Notes: generated from the sequence alone by a model not told the origin. A DNA stretch of 64,000 bases from the human T2T-CHM13v2.0 reference genome, Homo sapiens (GCF_009914755.1 NC_060925.1), one strand, 5' to 3'. Counted from the first letter of the stretch, positions 26,677 through 40,282 are shown. Translations and numbers: made by a program.

Positions 26677-27104
26677 TGATATAGTGTGGATGTGTGTCCC
26701 TACCCAAATTTCACGTTGAAATGTATCCCCTATGTTGGAGGTGGGACCTGGTTGGAGGTGACTGGATCATGGGGGTGGATTTATCATAAATGATTTAGTA
26801 CCATACCCTTAGTTCTGTCCTCATGATAGTGAGTTTTCGCATCTTGTGAGAGATGTCATTTAAAAGTGTGTGGCATGCTCCCCACTCCCTCTCTTGCTCC
26901 TGTTCTGGCTATGTGTTGTGCCTGCTCCCCCTTCACCTTCCACCATGATTGTAAGTTTCCTGAGGCCTCCCCAGAAGCCAAGTAGATGCCAGCATCATAC
27001 TCTCTTTACAGCCTATGGAATCGTGAACCAGTTAAACCTCTTTTCTGTATAAATTACCCATCCACAGGCATTTCTTTACAGCAATGTGAGAATGGCCTAA
27101 TATG
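26677..27104 (+). mobile_element. Solo MSTB/MSTA-type MaLR LTR
   Basis: TGATATAGTGTGGATGTGTGTCCC...GCAATGTGAGAATGGCCTAATA; TSD GACCG/GACTG. Confidence 0.9.
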
Positions 27105-28451
27105 GACTGGAAGGATATGCAGACTTTTCCTGGAAAGCAGAGTTGAGGAAGGACATCCCATCGAGGGAAAGAATGTGCAATCTTTTTGTGTGGAACGCTC
27201 AGAACATTCTAAGTACTTTGGCATAGCAAAGGCATAGGGAATGAGAGACAGCATGGTAGGAAATAAAAATGTGTTCAGAGAGTGGCAGGGGCTGGCTCAT
27301 GGACAGCTAAGGCAGGGAGCACTATTCTGCAGGCACAGGGGACCATGAAGGGCAGTTAAGTATGGACTTCCTATGACTGCAGAGTGGGTAACGATTCGAG
27401 GAAAGGGAAGGGGTCTAGAGGCAGGGGTCTCCTTGGGAGGCACTGCAACCATCCTACAGAGATGAGGGTGAGGGTCGGAAGAAGCAGAAGCCTACCCTCT
27501 CTTAAGCAAGATGAAGACAAACGAGACCCGTGGACTCCATGGAGGCTGGATCTACATCACCATAGTGCCATTGCCTTCCTTCAAGGGCAAGTGAGGAACA
27601 GGTATGGCTGCTGGTCAGCCCTTGCACTGGGCTAGTGCTCAAGACCAGAGTGAGGTCTTAGTGTCCTGGGGAGAGTTCTGGATTAGGTTTCTTTTTGGAT
27701 GGAGGGAGGTTGTGAAGGGGACTTTGGGAGAGATTGCAAATCTGTAAATGGGCAAGGCTGCCTTGACCACTGAGAGAGGAAGAGAAGGATACAGGAGATC
27801 AGAAGATTAGAAGGAGCTGCCTTTGTTCTTAGAATATGTGGGAGGCCATGCTCAAGAGAAGAAATGGATGCCGAGAAGGGAATGTGGGTGCATCTGACAC
27901 TAGGAAACAAATTGGAAGAAAATTGGTAGATTGCTTTGATTTTTTTTTTTCTTTTGCTAGTGTTAAAAATCATGGAGAACTGGGAGAGAAGGAGGGGAGT
28001 AGGGGAGACTGGGAGGATCAGAAGCAAACACTTCTGAGGTAATAAACAACCTGAAACGCAGAGAGGCTGGGAGAATAAGCAAAGATGAAGGTGTCTGCAT
28101 TCAGAGCACATCACAGAAGGGCTGATGTTTTAGAGGTGAAGCACTTTTTTAGCTTCCAGGGATTATTTTGGGGGTTATGGTTTTTTCCAACATTGAAGTA
28201 TAATAATGTCTGAATTTCTTGCAATAAGTTAGGTAACAAGTAATAACACGGGAGGTGGAATAGAAAAAGTAATACTTTACTTTAGTACAGCAACAGAACA
28301 ACACCTTACATTGGGGCAGATTAGAACTGGGGCGAGGCTTGCAGATCTTACTTCTCCTTCTAAGTGGGGAAACTGAGGTCCAGTGAACGGGAAGTATCTT
28401 GCCCCAAATTATATATATACACTCCCACCTTCATTTGACCCTCATAAAGTA

Positions 28452-28531
28452 TTTGGTTGGTACAAAGGTAATTGCAATTTTTGCCATCACTTTCAATGAC
28501 AAAAACCACAATTACTTTTGTGCCAACCTAA
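28452..28531. mobile_element. MADE1 mariner MITE, full length (80 bp)
   Basis: TTTGGTTGGTACAAAGGTAATTGC...CAATTACTTTTGTGCCAACCTAA flanked by TA on both sides. Confidence 0.95.
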
Positions 28532-28568
28532 TATTTTAGACCAATATGGAGAGGAGACAGTATAGCGG

Positions 28569-28750
28569 AGGGGTTGGCAAACTTTTTCTCTAAAAAGACA
28601 GATAGCAAATATTTTGGGCTTTGGTGGGGGGGGTCACATATGATCAGTGTTGCATATTCTTTTTTAAAAAAAAAATCCTTTAAAAGCGTAAGAGCCATTT
28701 TCAGCTCACCAGCCATACAAAAATCAGGCCATGCAAAAACAGGCTGTCCA
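28569..28750. mobile_element. MER58-type hAT MITE
   Basis: GGGTTGGCAAACTTTTTCTCTAAAAAGACAGATAGCAAATATTTTGGGCTTTG. Confidence 0.75.
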
Positions 28751-29073
28751 AAGAAAAACATGGTATTGAATTTTGACCTGGGTTTGAATTTTGCTTCTGC
28801 TGTGAACAGGTCATGTAACTTTTGGCAAGTTAATTAGACTTATTTTCCTTCTCTGTTAAATGACCACATCTACCTCACCAGGCTCCTAGGAAGACAGAAA
28901 GAGACATGTCTGGTCTCAAATCCTAGCTCTGCCATTTGTTTTCAGTGTGACTCTCGCTAATTAAACTCTCTGTCTCTCAGTTCCTTCATCTGCAAAATAA
29001 AGATAATAGTAGTACCAACTTTATATGACTGATATGTGGATGAAATGACCTATGTGTAAAACTCATAGAATAG

Positions 29074-29402
<329 letters not shown>

Positions 29403-29454
29403 GCCATGCATAAGTTTTACATAGTAATAAGTATTTCTTTTGTACCAGGTACGT

Positions 29455-30100
29455 TATATGTTCATATAACATTATTAGTATAACATAATATTTATATTAT
29501 ATTAAACACATATTTATATTGACATATTAATATATGACATTATTATAGGACATATAATACATAATAAATATATACAAATATTTATATATGGTATATATGG
29601 TAAATATATACTTCTATATTTATTAGGAGCAGTGAGGAACATGGCCAGTTCATCAAATTACCAATATTTGATCAATTTTGACCTACAAAAATGGGAACTT
29701 CAATATATATTATAATATATACAATATATTATATAGTATAATCAACACATTATATATTAATATATAATTAAATATAATATATAACACATTATATAATTAA
29801 TATAAAATATATTGATTATAATATATAATGCATTGTATATCTTACAATGTATTTATATTAATATTATATCAATATAAATATAAGTGGATATTTATATTAA
29901 TATTATATTAATATAATTATATTTATATAATATAAAATATATATTATATATTATATAATTATTATATATAATATATAATATATTATATATAATAATTATA
30001 TAATATATTATAATATATTTATATTAATATATTAATATAAATATAAGTGGATATTTATATTAATATAAATATATGTGGATATTAATATTATATAAACACA
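29455..30100. repeat. AT-rich low-complexity palindromic tract containing two templated inserts
   Basis: Mostly A/T; perfect palindromes at 29946-30008 and 30014-30045; complex 78-bp island at 29625-29702. Confidence 0.95.
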
Positions 30101-30145
30101 TAAAGTACCTGGTGCAAGACAGATACTTGGCAAATAGTAGCTAAC

Positions 30146-30449
<304 letters not shown>

Positions 30450-31879
30450 TAGTAGCTAACCATGGCAGCCACTCCCAAATGAGAAATCAGACTTTAGAAA
30501 ATTAAGGAAGGTTGGGCCATATTGTAATGGCCTGGTCACGCCAGAGTTCACCTACAGTTCACTCTTAAGTCTGTCCTGTAGGATGCAGCAAGTAAGAGCG
30601 GCTGCATGAAAGTAAGCTCTGTTTCTCTGCCCATGTGCGGGGCTCCCACCTCCATCAGATAAGCACTTGTGTAACCTAAGTCTATTTTGATCTCAGTAGA
30701 GATCTGTGTACACATGCACACATTTGGCAGCCATGGGCTACAGCCCTGGTGCTCTTGCTTGCGATTCGAGCCATGTTATCAATACTTATGTGTGTAAACT
30801 TGAGAGATCAAAGCTATCTTGGTTGGGAAGGCTAATATTTAAATTCCAGACTTGCAGGCACAGCACTGAAATTCCATGGCTCAAGATCAAGTTCATGTAT
30901 AAAATCAAGTCAAGCATTTGTTTGACACAGTTGTAGGGCTCTGGAGTGTGGGTGAGGTTTGAATTCAGGAGAAATTTAGGGGCCTGCCCAGAATGGAATT
31001 CTGTGAAATTCTAGCTGTGGATAGTTTTTAGGTTCAGTGATTTGTGTGATCGTAATTAGAGCAAACACATCTTCATGGCCCAGCTTTGGTAATCACAGAG
31101 ATGTTTACAGTTTAGAAATAACACAAATCTGTAGCTCTCAAGCAGTAAGATCTGGAGATACCACCACTTACCTTGCAAGGCAATAGAAAAACTAAAGATA
31201 CTGGACATAACTTTTGGAAACCTAATAGGCTCTCAACAAATGAGAGCTTTGTCTTTATAATTGTCCCTGCCATTCCCATTGTTCCGTCTCTCCCACCACC
31301 CTGGAACTTGTAGTCCTTGCAGACCAAGGACTACATCCTTTTGTGATAGCAAATTGTCTTTTGTCTTCTGCCTACCTCAATGAACCTTTGGTGAGTACAT
31401 TTCACAGGCTGGGTAGAATGTAAGGCTCATTGTGAGGGCAAAGGTGATTAAGATAGGCCCTCGAGGAGATGTGTCTGGCCATGGGTCACACATACTCTAC
31501 TACTTATAATGCCATACAAATGACTTGGAAGCAGAGTAAACCCAGGTCTGTAGATTGACAGGAAAAGGAAAGATTCATTCTTCTGGTAGTAATGGATTAG
31601 CTTTCAAAGGGGAGCTGAACTCTGACTCCTTCTGTAACATAGTGTAACAAATGGCCAAGAAACCCAGGTTCAATTCCTGGCTCTGTCACTTTTTGAACTG
31701 TGTCATCTGGAGCAAATAGTTTAACCTCATTGAAACTTTAGTTTCTTTGTCTGTAGAATGGGGATGTAATTATTAGTACCTATCTCATGGAAGGGTTGGA
31801 AGAAAAAAATGAGATAACCCATGTAGCACTGCTCCCCATAAAGCTAGCACATGCTAACCATATTCGGCTACCATCATTA

Positions 31880-32063
31880 TAAAAGGGAATCAACTTAACC
31901 CTTCATCTTAAAAACATGGTTTTCTTTTCTTATTCTGCTGACTTGAAATCAAATTAGTCATATTTTACATCCATATAACATCTTTAACACTTTTACATTA
32001 AGTGGAAATATATAAAATTGCCAATATTTGATCAATTTTGACCTACAAAAATGGGAACTTCAT
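31880..32063. mobile_element. Possible old mariner-type (MARNA-like) fragment
   Basis: TTTTGACCTACAAAAATGGGAACTTCATA resembles the recalled MARNA terminus; left boundary uncertain. Confidence 0.4.
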
Positions 32064-32124
32064 AATAGCTCTCCAAAGCACCCTCTTCTGCAATGGCTCA
32101 TTTGATCTCCACAACAACTCTGTG

Positions 32125-32869
32125 AGTGTGTTGACTCCTCTGGGATTTCCTCCTATGACCTTTTTCTAAAAGATTCTCCTCCCCTGCTTCACATAGATGC
32201 AAAGACATTATCACAGGCAATAGTTACTACTGTTTGGTCCAAGGGTAAGCATATGGCCTAGCTGGACAAATAAGTCCCTTCCCTGAGATTTTACTTGTTT
32301 TTCTCATTAACTCATTTTATTTTTTGAGCAGAACCCTAGAGAGTTTTGTTAGCTTTTTTCCAGGAACTAAAGTTGTTGGATATTAAACACTGAATAAGTT
32401 GGTTGCTATGTTTTCTACCACTGATTTATGCAATTAATATTTATTGAGCATCTTCTATGCTCCAGACACTTCACTGGGTGCAAGGGACACAGAAATGCAT
32501 AGGATTTTTGCCTTCAACATATTTTATTGTACTGAGAGACTGAAAGTAAGCAAGAAAACAAATAAATAAGTTAATACAGAGTGTGATAAATGCTGCGCTG
32601 GGACTATGTGGAAAGAACCAGGCTGTATTGAGAGAGAAGAATATCAATACACTGATAGAGACAGAGATGAAGCTGGAAGGAAGACTAGTGAAAATTGAGC
32701 CTCTGGCTCCAGCAGCACCTGAGGTCCAGCTCTGTTGCTGTCCCTCCAGCACCTGGATCATTTTGTTCTTCCATGGATTTCAAGAGCTGCCAAGACATTT
32801 CCCTCATTGTTATAGTTGCATTGAGTTAGGTTTCTGCCATTTGCAATCATAACAGTCCATTCTGATACA
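32125..32869 (+). mobile_element. Old MLT1 (J/K/L-type) LTR interrupted by an L2 piece (about 32430-32600)
   Basis: Ends GAGTTAGGTTTCTGCCATTTGCAATC...CTGATACA; inner ATTTATTGAGCATCTTCTATG is L2 on the minus strand. Confidence 0.55.
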
Positions 32870-33314
32870 GCAATCTAGATGGGAGTGCTTCTTCTTCTCC
32901 CTGTATAAATGGTGCAAGTAAGGACTTCTTTGGGGAAGTGGGTCTGAAACTTGAGCTGCATCAAATACTTTTTGGATATGATACTTAAATATAAATCATA
33001 AATAAAATGTAGCCTGGGATGTCTCATGGGATTAAAAAATAGTTCAACTATAGCTGGGGTCATTGCTGTCATCAGCGTCTTTGACCATTTTTTATGGTCA
33101 ACAATATTGAACGGCTGATAGGATCAGAGTATATCTGAAAGCTGCAAAGGACTTTAGGGATCATTAAATCAGATCTCATTTTAGAGATATTGAGAGGGAG
33201 GCCCAGAGCCCACACATGACATATTCAAAGTCACATAGCTTGAGAGCAGCCAGGTAAGATTTGAACCCAGGATGCCTGACTCTCAGTTTATTCTTAGGTT
33301 ACTATTGACTGATC

Positions 33315-34195
33315 TATTCATTCATTCAACAAACATTTTGAGAGCCTATTGTATGTCTAGGTGCTGGAGCCACAGTGGTTCCTGCTCTGATAGAGTTCAT
33401 TCTGACTGGGGGAAGAGAGACAACAAATAGAAAATCTGGTGGTGCATGTTGGGAAGAACTTGAAACAAGATGATATGAGAGAGTAAGACTCTGTGTACAG
33501 AGGGGAGGGAGGTCATGTTATTCCAAATGGAGTGGTCAGGGAAGGCTTCTCTGAAGAGGTGTCATTTAATTCAAGATCTGAAAGTACAGGTGAGTCAGCC
33601 ATGTGAAGACTGGAGGGAAGCATATTCCAAAGGGAGGAAACAGGTGATGAAAAAGCTCTGGCAATGGAATGATTTGCCCAGTTCAAGGAACAAAAAGAGC
33701 GCTAGTGTGGCTGAAGCACAGTGAGAAGTGGAGAATGGAATGGTACCAACTGAAGTTGGAGAAGTTAGCAGGGGCCAGAGTGTTGCTTCCAGGGCCAAGG
33801 TAAAGGCCTGACTTTTTATCCCACGTGCAGCAGGGAGCCATTTGGGCATCTTTGAGCAAAGGAGCAACATGATCAAATTTGTTTTAAAACATGATTCCAA
33901 TCACTTGCTGGACAACGGAGAATAAAAATAAAGAGTTAGCGGTGCAGACAAGAATGCTGGGAACCTGGACCATGGAGGTAGAGAGAAGAAGATGAATTTG
34001 AGGGGTGCCATGCAGGTAGAATGGATAGGACTTGCTGATGGCTTGGGTCTAGGGAAAGACAGACTCATGATCAATTGCTAAGTCCCAGGCTTTTTTGTCT
34101 TAAGAAATTAAATGGATGGTATTACCATGCACTGTGGGTAATTGGGGAAGATGAAAGTTTGAGGAGAAAATATAAATCAAGAGTTCTGCTTTGCG
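33315..34195 (-). mobile_element. L2 LINE, long 3' fragment
   Basis: TTCATTCATTCAACAAACATTTTGAG...GGTCAGGGAAGGCTTCTCTGAAGAGGTG...GGGAGCCAT...AAGAGTTCTG. Confidence 0.85.
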
Positions 34196-36814
34196 TATCA
34201 CTCTACACCCTTGTGGTCTATATTTAAGGTCAAAAACAAAACATAAAAAAACCTGAAAAAGAATCACTAGAAAACCTTAGAGGATAGAGATCATGTAGCT
34301 CCGTTACAACACAGCTAGCCATCTGGTTTTCTTATCCGCCACTAATTAATCAATGTGAAGCAGCCAGATAAGTAATAATTACCATTATAACAAACCACAG
34401 AAAGATATCCAGAGATTGCCAAGAGGTCCATCCTAGTGTTAGAAGCAACCAGGTCAAACCCCATCAGAAGATGCCTAGTCAGACTGGGAGGGACATTCCA
34501 GGCAAAGGCACAGCTTGTATTCCAGAAGCTCAAAAATGGGCAGGAGCACAGTGACCTGGAACAGAGAGATAAAGGGACGCTCATGAGAGATTTACACTGT
34601 AGGATGATAGATCAGCATTTTATGTTGTAAGTGAGAGGCAAGTACAGGGAAATATCATCATGTGAAAAAGCTGGGAGGAAAAACAGACTCATTCATTTGT
34701 TCATTCATTCATACATTCATTCAACAAATTCTTATGGAGCCCAATCTTTGTGCACAACTGTTCTAGGTACAAGAACTAACAATGAACAGAACAAAGGGGT
34801 GTGTGATCCAGTCCTTGCTCTGTTCACTGAGCTCTGCCCAGCGGCTGGTTGCTTTCACACGAGGAAAACCTTTTTTTCTGCTCTCTTGGCACAAATTGCT
34901 GGAGCTGAATGTACCAGGGTGGGTGAAGGGGAGGATGAGGTCAGAGAGGTAACAGGGCCAGGCAAGCCATTGTCAGGATTTTGGATTTTACTGTGTACGG
35001 AATGTGTTTGCCAGAACAATGCGGGAGTTGCAGAGAGAGGTGTCCTGTGTTTGTTCCCAGTCTTCCTTCACTCACCTGCACCTGCTCCTGCCCTGCTTCG
35101 GCCAACATGTTCTATGCAGGTAGGTAAAAAAGTTGGAAATTTCATTTCTCTCCCTGTGTCTCTAAGATGACATCTATCAAACCTCTGATTCTCTTTTGGT
35201 TCTTTACAGAAACCCCACTTGAAATTTTCAGGTAGGATGGGGAGAAGGGCAAACCTATTGTTTCCTTCAAACCTAGTAATATCTAACTGAACCCTCTCTA
35301 TCGGCAGGGTGGTTTTGCTGATGAGACAGCTGCAGTTTGGGGAGTGTGATATCAAGGAAAGCAGTGTCTTGAGTCTGTCACTTTCTCTCTCTGTCCCATT
35401 GGGTAAGTCAGTTCTCCTCTCTGGTTGAGAAGGAGAGGGTTTGGGACTCAAACTTTATTCTTGTTAAGTTTCCTTTCTCCTCTAATATTCCTTGAACACT
35501 TGTCAGTTTTTTCCATCTCAAAAGTTCCCCTCTTCAGGCTTTGAAATGTGTGAACTGTTGAAAAAGACTGGGAGGTGCAGAGTGAAGAGGGAATGGGGGC
35601 TGGGCAGGCCTAGAGGGGTCCAGCACCAAAGAGCAGCCAGAGCCCCGGGGGGCCGTCTTGGTGACTGCTGGGGAAAGTACTAGCTCTCCTCGCAGAGGGA
35701 GCTCTGACAGGCTCAATCCAAACCAGATGTGCAGCAGAGAGAGCACAGCCTATTACAAAGTGTTGTGAAATGGCCCAGGGGAGGTAAATAAGCAAAAACA
35801 GGCCAGTTGCCTAGCAGCACATACAACAAAACAAGCAGCCAATCCATTCGCATTGGACAGGGCAGAATAGCTTTCTGCAGTAGGGAAAAAGAGACAGGGA
35901 GGGTTTGAGTCTGATGAGGACCCAGGGGACCTGCTCTCCAGCAACCTGTTCCCACTCCCTCCAGGCCACTCCTATGCTGCGGGGTGGCAGGGCTGCCACT
36001 GGACCTGCTCAGCCTGGTTCCACAGCCTCGGGGGCTTTGCACCTGGCTAACCCACAGGGTCATGGTCAGGGCCTTCCCCCCAGTGGTGGATGGTTGGGGT
36101 GAGGGCTGTCTGCACCCACTCCTGAGAATGGTGCTTGGCTGTATCCACTAGGAGGGGACAGGACTACAAAAATCTGCTAAAGTTCTTTGACAAGGTGCTT
36201 TACATGTGACTCTCCGTCATTCATTCCTTCATATACCATGTATTTCTTGAGTACCGTCTATGTACCAGGCACTGTGACTGACTCCAGGAGGAGACGTAAA
36301 GGAAGAAAATAGAAACACTCTTTGCTCTCTAGGGATCTACAACCTATGGGAGGAGACAGAAATTAATAAGGAATTGCACAATCAAATGCATGATTGTAAA
36401 TCATGCTGAATGCTTTAAAGGAAAAGAAAGGGGTTGAGGAGTTGGATTCAAACAAAGTATTCTGGGCAGGCCTCTTTTAGGAAGGCAAGTTGAAACTTAA
36501 AGAATGAGCAGGGATTAGCCAGGTAAAAAGAAGAGAAAGGGAGTCCCCAGAAGCAGGCAGGCAAAAAGGCCTTGAGGTGGGGAAGAGGTGGCTGCTTGGG
36601 GTAAATTACAAAAAAGAGAGTGGTGCTGGAGAACTGTCAGTGAAGGGGGTGGTGAAGTAGAGAGGGAGGCAGGGGCCAGATCAAGTAATCCTTTCCATGA
36701 GAAAAGGATATGAGATTTTGTCCTAAGTACAATGAGAAATCTTTGGGGTTTATTTACTGATGACAATACTGAGGAAGCTTCAGGAGTCCTGAGTTGATCA
36801 GATTCACTTTTTAA

Positions 36815-36970
36815 AATTAAAAAAAAAATTGTGAGACAGGGTCTCTGTTGCAAGTCTGGAGTGGTCTGATCATAGTTCACTGCAGACTCGAACTCCTGGG
36901 CTCAAGCAATTCTCCTGCTTCAGCCTCCCGAGTAGCTGGGACTACAGGCATGCGGCACCACACCCAGTAT
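36815..36970 (-). mobile_element. AluJ right arm / FRAM-like monomer within L2
   Basis: TGAGACAGGGTCTC...CTCGAACTCCTGGGCTCAAGC...CACCACACCCAG. Confidence 0.85.
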
Positions 36971-37334
36971 ATTAACATTTTTAAAAGATTACTCCTGGGT
37001 ACGACATGGCAATTCTGAAAGGGAATGAGAGAGGGGACAAGAGGGAGGGGTTAGGAGGCTAGGATTTTAGCAAAGTAAAAGTGTAGAAGTCCATAAACTG
37101 GCCCAAGGTCACAGGCAGAGCTGAGATCCAAGCCTGGACCTATGTGGTAACCACCAAGCTAGTGTCTCCAGGTTTCTGCCTCCCAAGACTAACTTGCTGG
37201 AGCCGTGGAAGCCACCTCAGCTCCTCTCCCAAGGAGTAAGTGTGTGTCTCCATCAGAGCTGGGGGGTAAGCAAGCACTGGCCTGGAAAGAACTCATTATG
37301 ACAGTAGCTAGCCATGCCTTGCTGTCTGCCCCCC

Positions 37335-37425
37335 TCTGTCTGTCTCTCTCAAGCGCTGTCTCTCTCTCAATCTCTCTCTCTCATACACACACACACATGC
37401 ACACACACACACATATACACACACA
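37335..37425. repeat. Compound (TC)n/(CA)n microsatellite
   Basis: TCTCTCTC... followed by CACACACA... Confidence 0.95.
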
Positions 37426-38320
37426 AATACCCTCCCTTCATTGTGACTCTACTCCCCCTACTCTCCCAGAACCTGAATTGAAAAAGCACTTTTTCTCCAG
37501 CTTCTCAGAATTTTCGGTAGTGTCAAATGTTCTCAAGGAATTCTTGCAGAGAAGAGCTCTTTGCAAGCACAGAATACATCCCAGTTGCTTTTGTAACCTC
37601 AGCATGAACTAGTGGTGACAGGTGACAGATGGACCATGAGTCTGGGAACTCAGTTTCGATTCAGGCTTTACAATGACTAGGTGTGCCTTACGAACTTTTT
37701 AAAGTGGGGACAAAAATTCTACTTGCTTTTCAGGATTATGAGGATTAAGTGAGACAATGTAGTATAGGAAAAGGCTTTGAAAATAGCAAAGCTGTGTATA
37801 AATATTCATTGTGATATTGACACAGATTCTGATCAATCAAAAGTTGCACCTGAATGGATTGGTGTTTTCCTGTCTCCCCACCTGTGACACACCTGTGCAC
37901 AGAGTCAGGGGTGCAGCCCTTCCTTCCAGCATACATCTAATCCAGCTACCTCTCTATACATATCCTGCAGATGTTAAGCACATACAGGGCTAGCCCTCCT
38001 TTCTTACCATGCACACCATCAGCTTCATCCTCTGCCTGCTTCTGTTCATATCCTGGCAAAGGGAAATGAGAAAATTCTGGTCATCCCATAGCATCAAAGG
38101 CTTCTGTCCATAATATTACAAAATTCTACTAAATCGTGATATGGTAAGACATAATAATAAAGTGTTGTATTTGGATTATCTCGGTGATTCCAAGATATTA
38201 GTCATTTTTGCTCCACCTTTGTTATTTTTGCCATATATGGGTATCATCATGTTATATTGCCGCCAATGTGCTTTAACGTCATTCAGTGTAGATTCAGTGA
38301 GCTCTGCAAGTCTGTGTCAG

Positions 38321-38702
38321 TGTATTAGTCCATTCTTACATTGCCATAAAGACATACCTGAGACTGGGCAATTAATTTTTTTAAAAAGAGGTTTAATTGG
38401 CTCATGGTTCTGCATGCTGTACAGGAAGCATGGCTGGGAAGGCCTCAGAAAACTTACAATCATGGTGGAAGGCAAAAGAGAAGCAGGCACGTCCTACATG
38501 GCCAGAGAAGGAAAAGAGGGTGAAGGGGGAGGTGTGATACACTTTTAAGCAACCAGATCTCATTAGACTTACTCACTATCACAAGAACAGCAAGGCAGAA
38601 ATTCAACCCCATGATCCAATCATCTCCCAAACCCCTCCTCCAAAACCGGGGATTACAATTCAACATGAGATTTGGGCAGGGACACAGACCCAAACCATAT
38701 CA
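38321..38702 (-). mobile_element. Solo MSTA-type MaLR LTR
   Basis: TGTATTAGTCCATTCT...GACACAGACCCAAACCATATCA. Confidence 0.9.
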
Positions 38703-38742
38703 GTTTATTTTATTCTACATCATGGATGTCTAGTGACCCTAA

Positions 38743-39126
<384 letters not shown>

Positions 39127-39226
39127 GCAGGGAGCTTTTTACCCTTCACTCTTTGGAATGATGGCTGAAGCTTAATCTTTAAACAGTTGAGTCCAGCCAC
39201 TGATTTAGAGCATTCTAATTGCTGCT

Positions 39227-39666
39227 ATGGTGGCCATGACAATGGGCTCCTCAGATCTCAAACTACATGCAGCATAAGTGCCCTCATTGCTGGGCACTGG
39301 AATCCATCTCTGCACCTGCATCTGGGCCATGCTCCCACTGCTGCTCCCAGCCAATCACTGAGCACTCTGGGAGTACTAAAATAGGTCAGGTCCTGGGGAG
39401 ATCGGGGGCTCCTCTGATGAGCCAACATTAGCTCAGGCCTCCCCAACAACATTGCCATACTTCTCTTAGAGGTGCACTGCAATCTAGACCCTTAATGCCC
39501 AATTTCCCTTCATTAATCCCCCCTCTCTTCTGCACTTGCATCACTTGCATTCTCTCCCACACTCCCAACTTCCTTTCCCTTGTCTCTCGTAGGCACTTTC
39601 CCTAATAAATTTCTCACACATTGAAGCCTATCTGGTGTCTGTCTGTTTCTCAGAGAACCCAGATGA
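39227..39666 (+). mobile_element. ERVL LTR (LTR16-like)
   Basis: CTCCTCAGATCTC...CCCAGCCAATCACTGAGC...CCTAATAAATTTCT...TCAGAGAACCC. Confidence 0.7.
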
Positions 39667-39703
39667 GTGGTCCCTGGAGTGATCTGAGAAAACAATAAGA
39701 GGA

Positions 39704-39891
39704 TGCAATGGTCTGAATATTTGTGTCCCCCAAAATTCATATGTTAAAACTTAATTATCAAGGTGATGATATTAGAAGGTGGGGCCTGTGGGAAGATGAT
39801 TAGGTCATGTGTGTTCCACCCTTACAAGTGCCCTTATAAAAGAAACCCCAGAGAGGCAGCTAGACCCATTTCTACCATGTAAGGACACAGC
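39704..39891 (+). mobile_element. MLT1A/B LTR 5' portion
   Basis: TGCAATGGTCTGAATATTTGTGTCCCCCAAAATTCATATG. Confidence 0.8.
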
Positions 39892-40282
39892 TTCCAGGGT
39901 GTCAGGGTCCTGTCACATGGCAGTGAATGCCCAGTGGTGGCAGGGTCACCAGCAACATTGTAATAGATTGTTCTTGACCAGCATTGGGCTCTGCTTGATA
40001 TCCAAGCCTCACCTTTGTGCCTTCTTGTTGATTCTGTAAGATAGATACAGGGTGTCCTAACACACATAGTGCCTTTGTATGGGTTTCTTAAAGGCGCGTC
40101 CCTCTTAGTAGATCATTAGAAAGAAGCAAACCTTTCTTCAAGCTGAACACAGCTTTCACTCACCCTCACCCAGGACCTTTCTGCTGGACAAAACCTGCAC
40201 AACTCTACTTGGTAGCAGTAGCTATGCAAATACCACTTCAATTTACTTTTTTCTGTTGAATTCAACAAGAATTTGTTTGTTT

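Noticed and set aside
23585-27104. Two same-strand MST LTRs as the ends of a MaLR provirus
   Set aside because: Each has its own 5-bp TSD (CTTCC; GACCG/GACTG), and the interval is L2, MIR and MER5 rather than MaLR internal sequence.
34631-35170. Longest ORF (179 aa); also the 164-aa ORF at 25131-25625 and the 168-aa ORF at 1092-1598
   Set aside because: They run through L2 or LTR relics or unremarkable sequence, have no recognisable domain, and are of lengths expected by chance.
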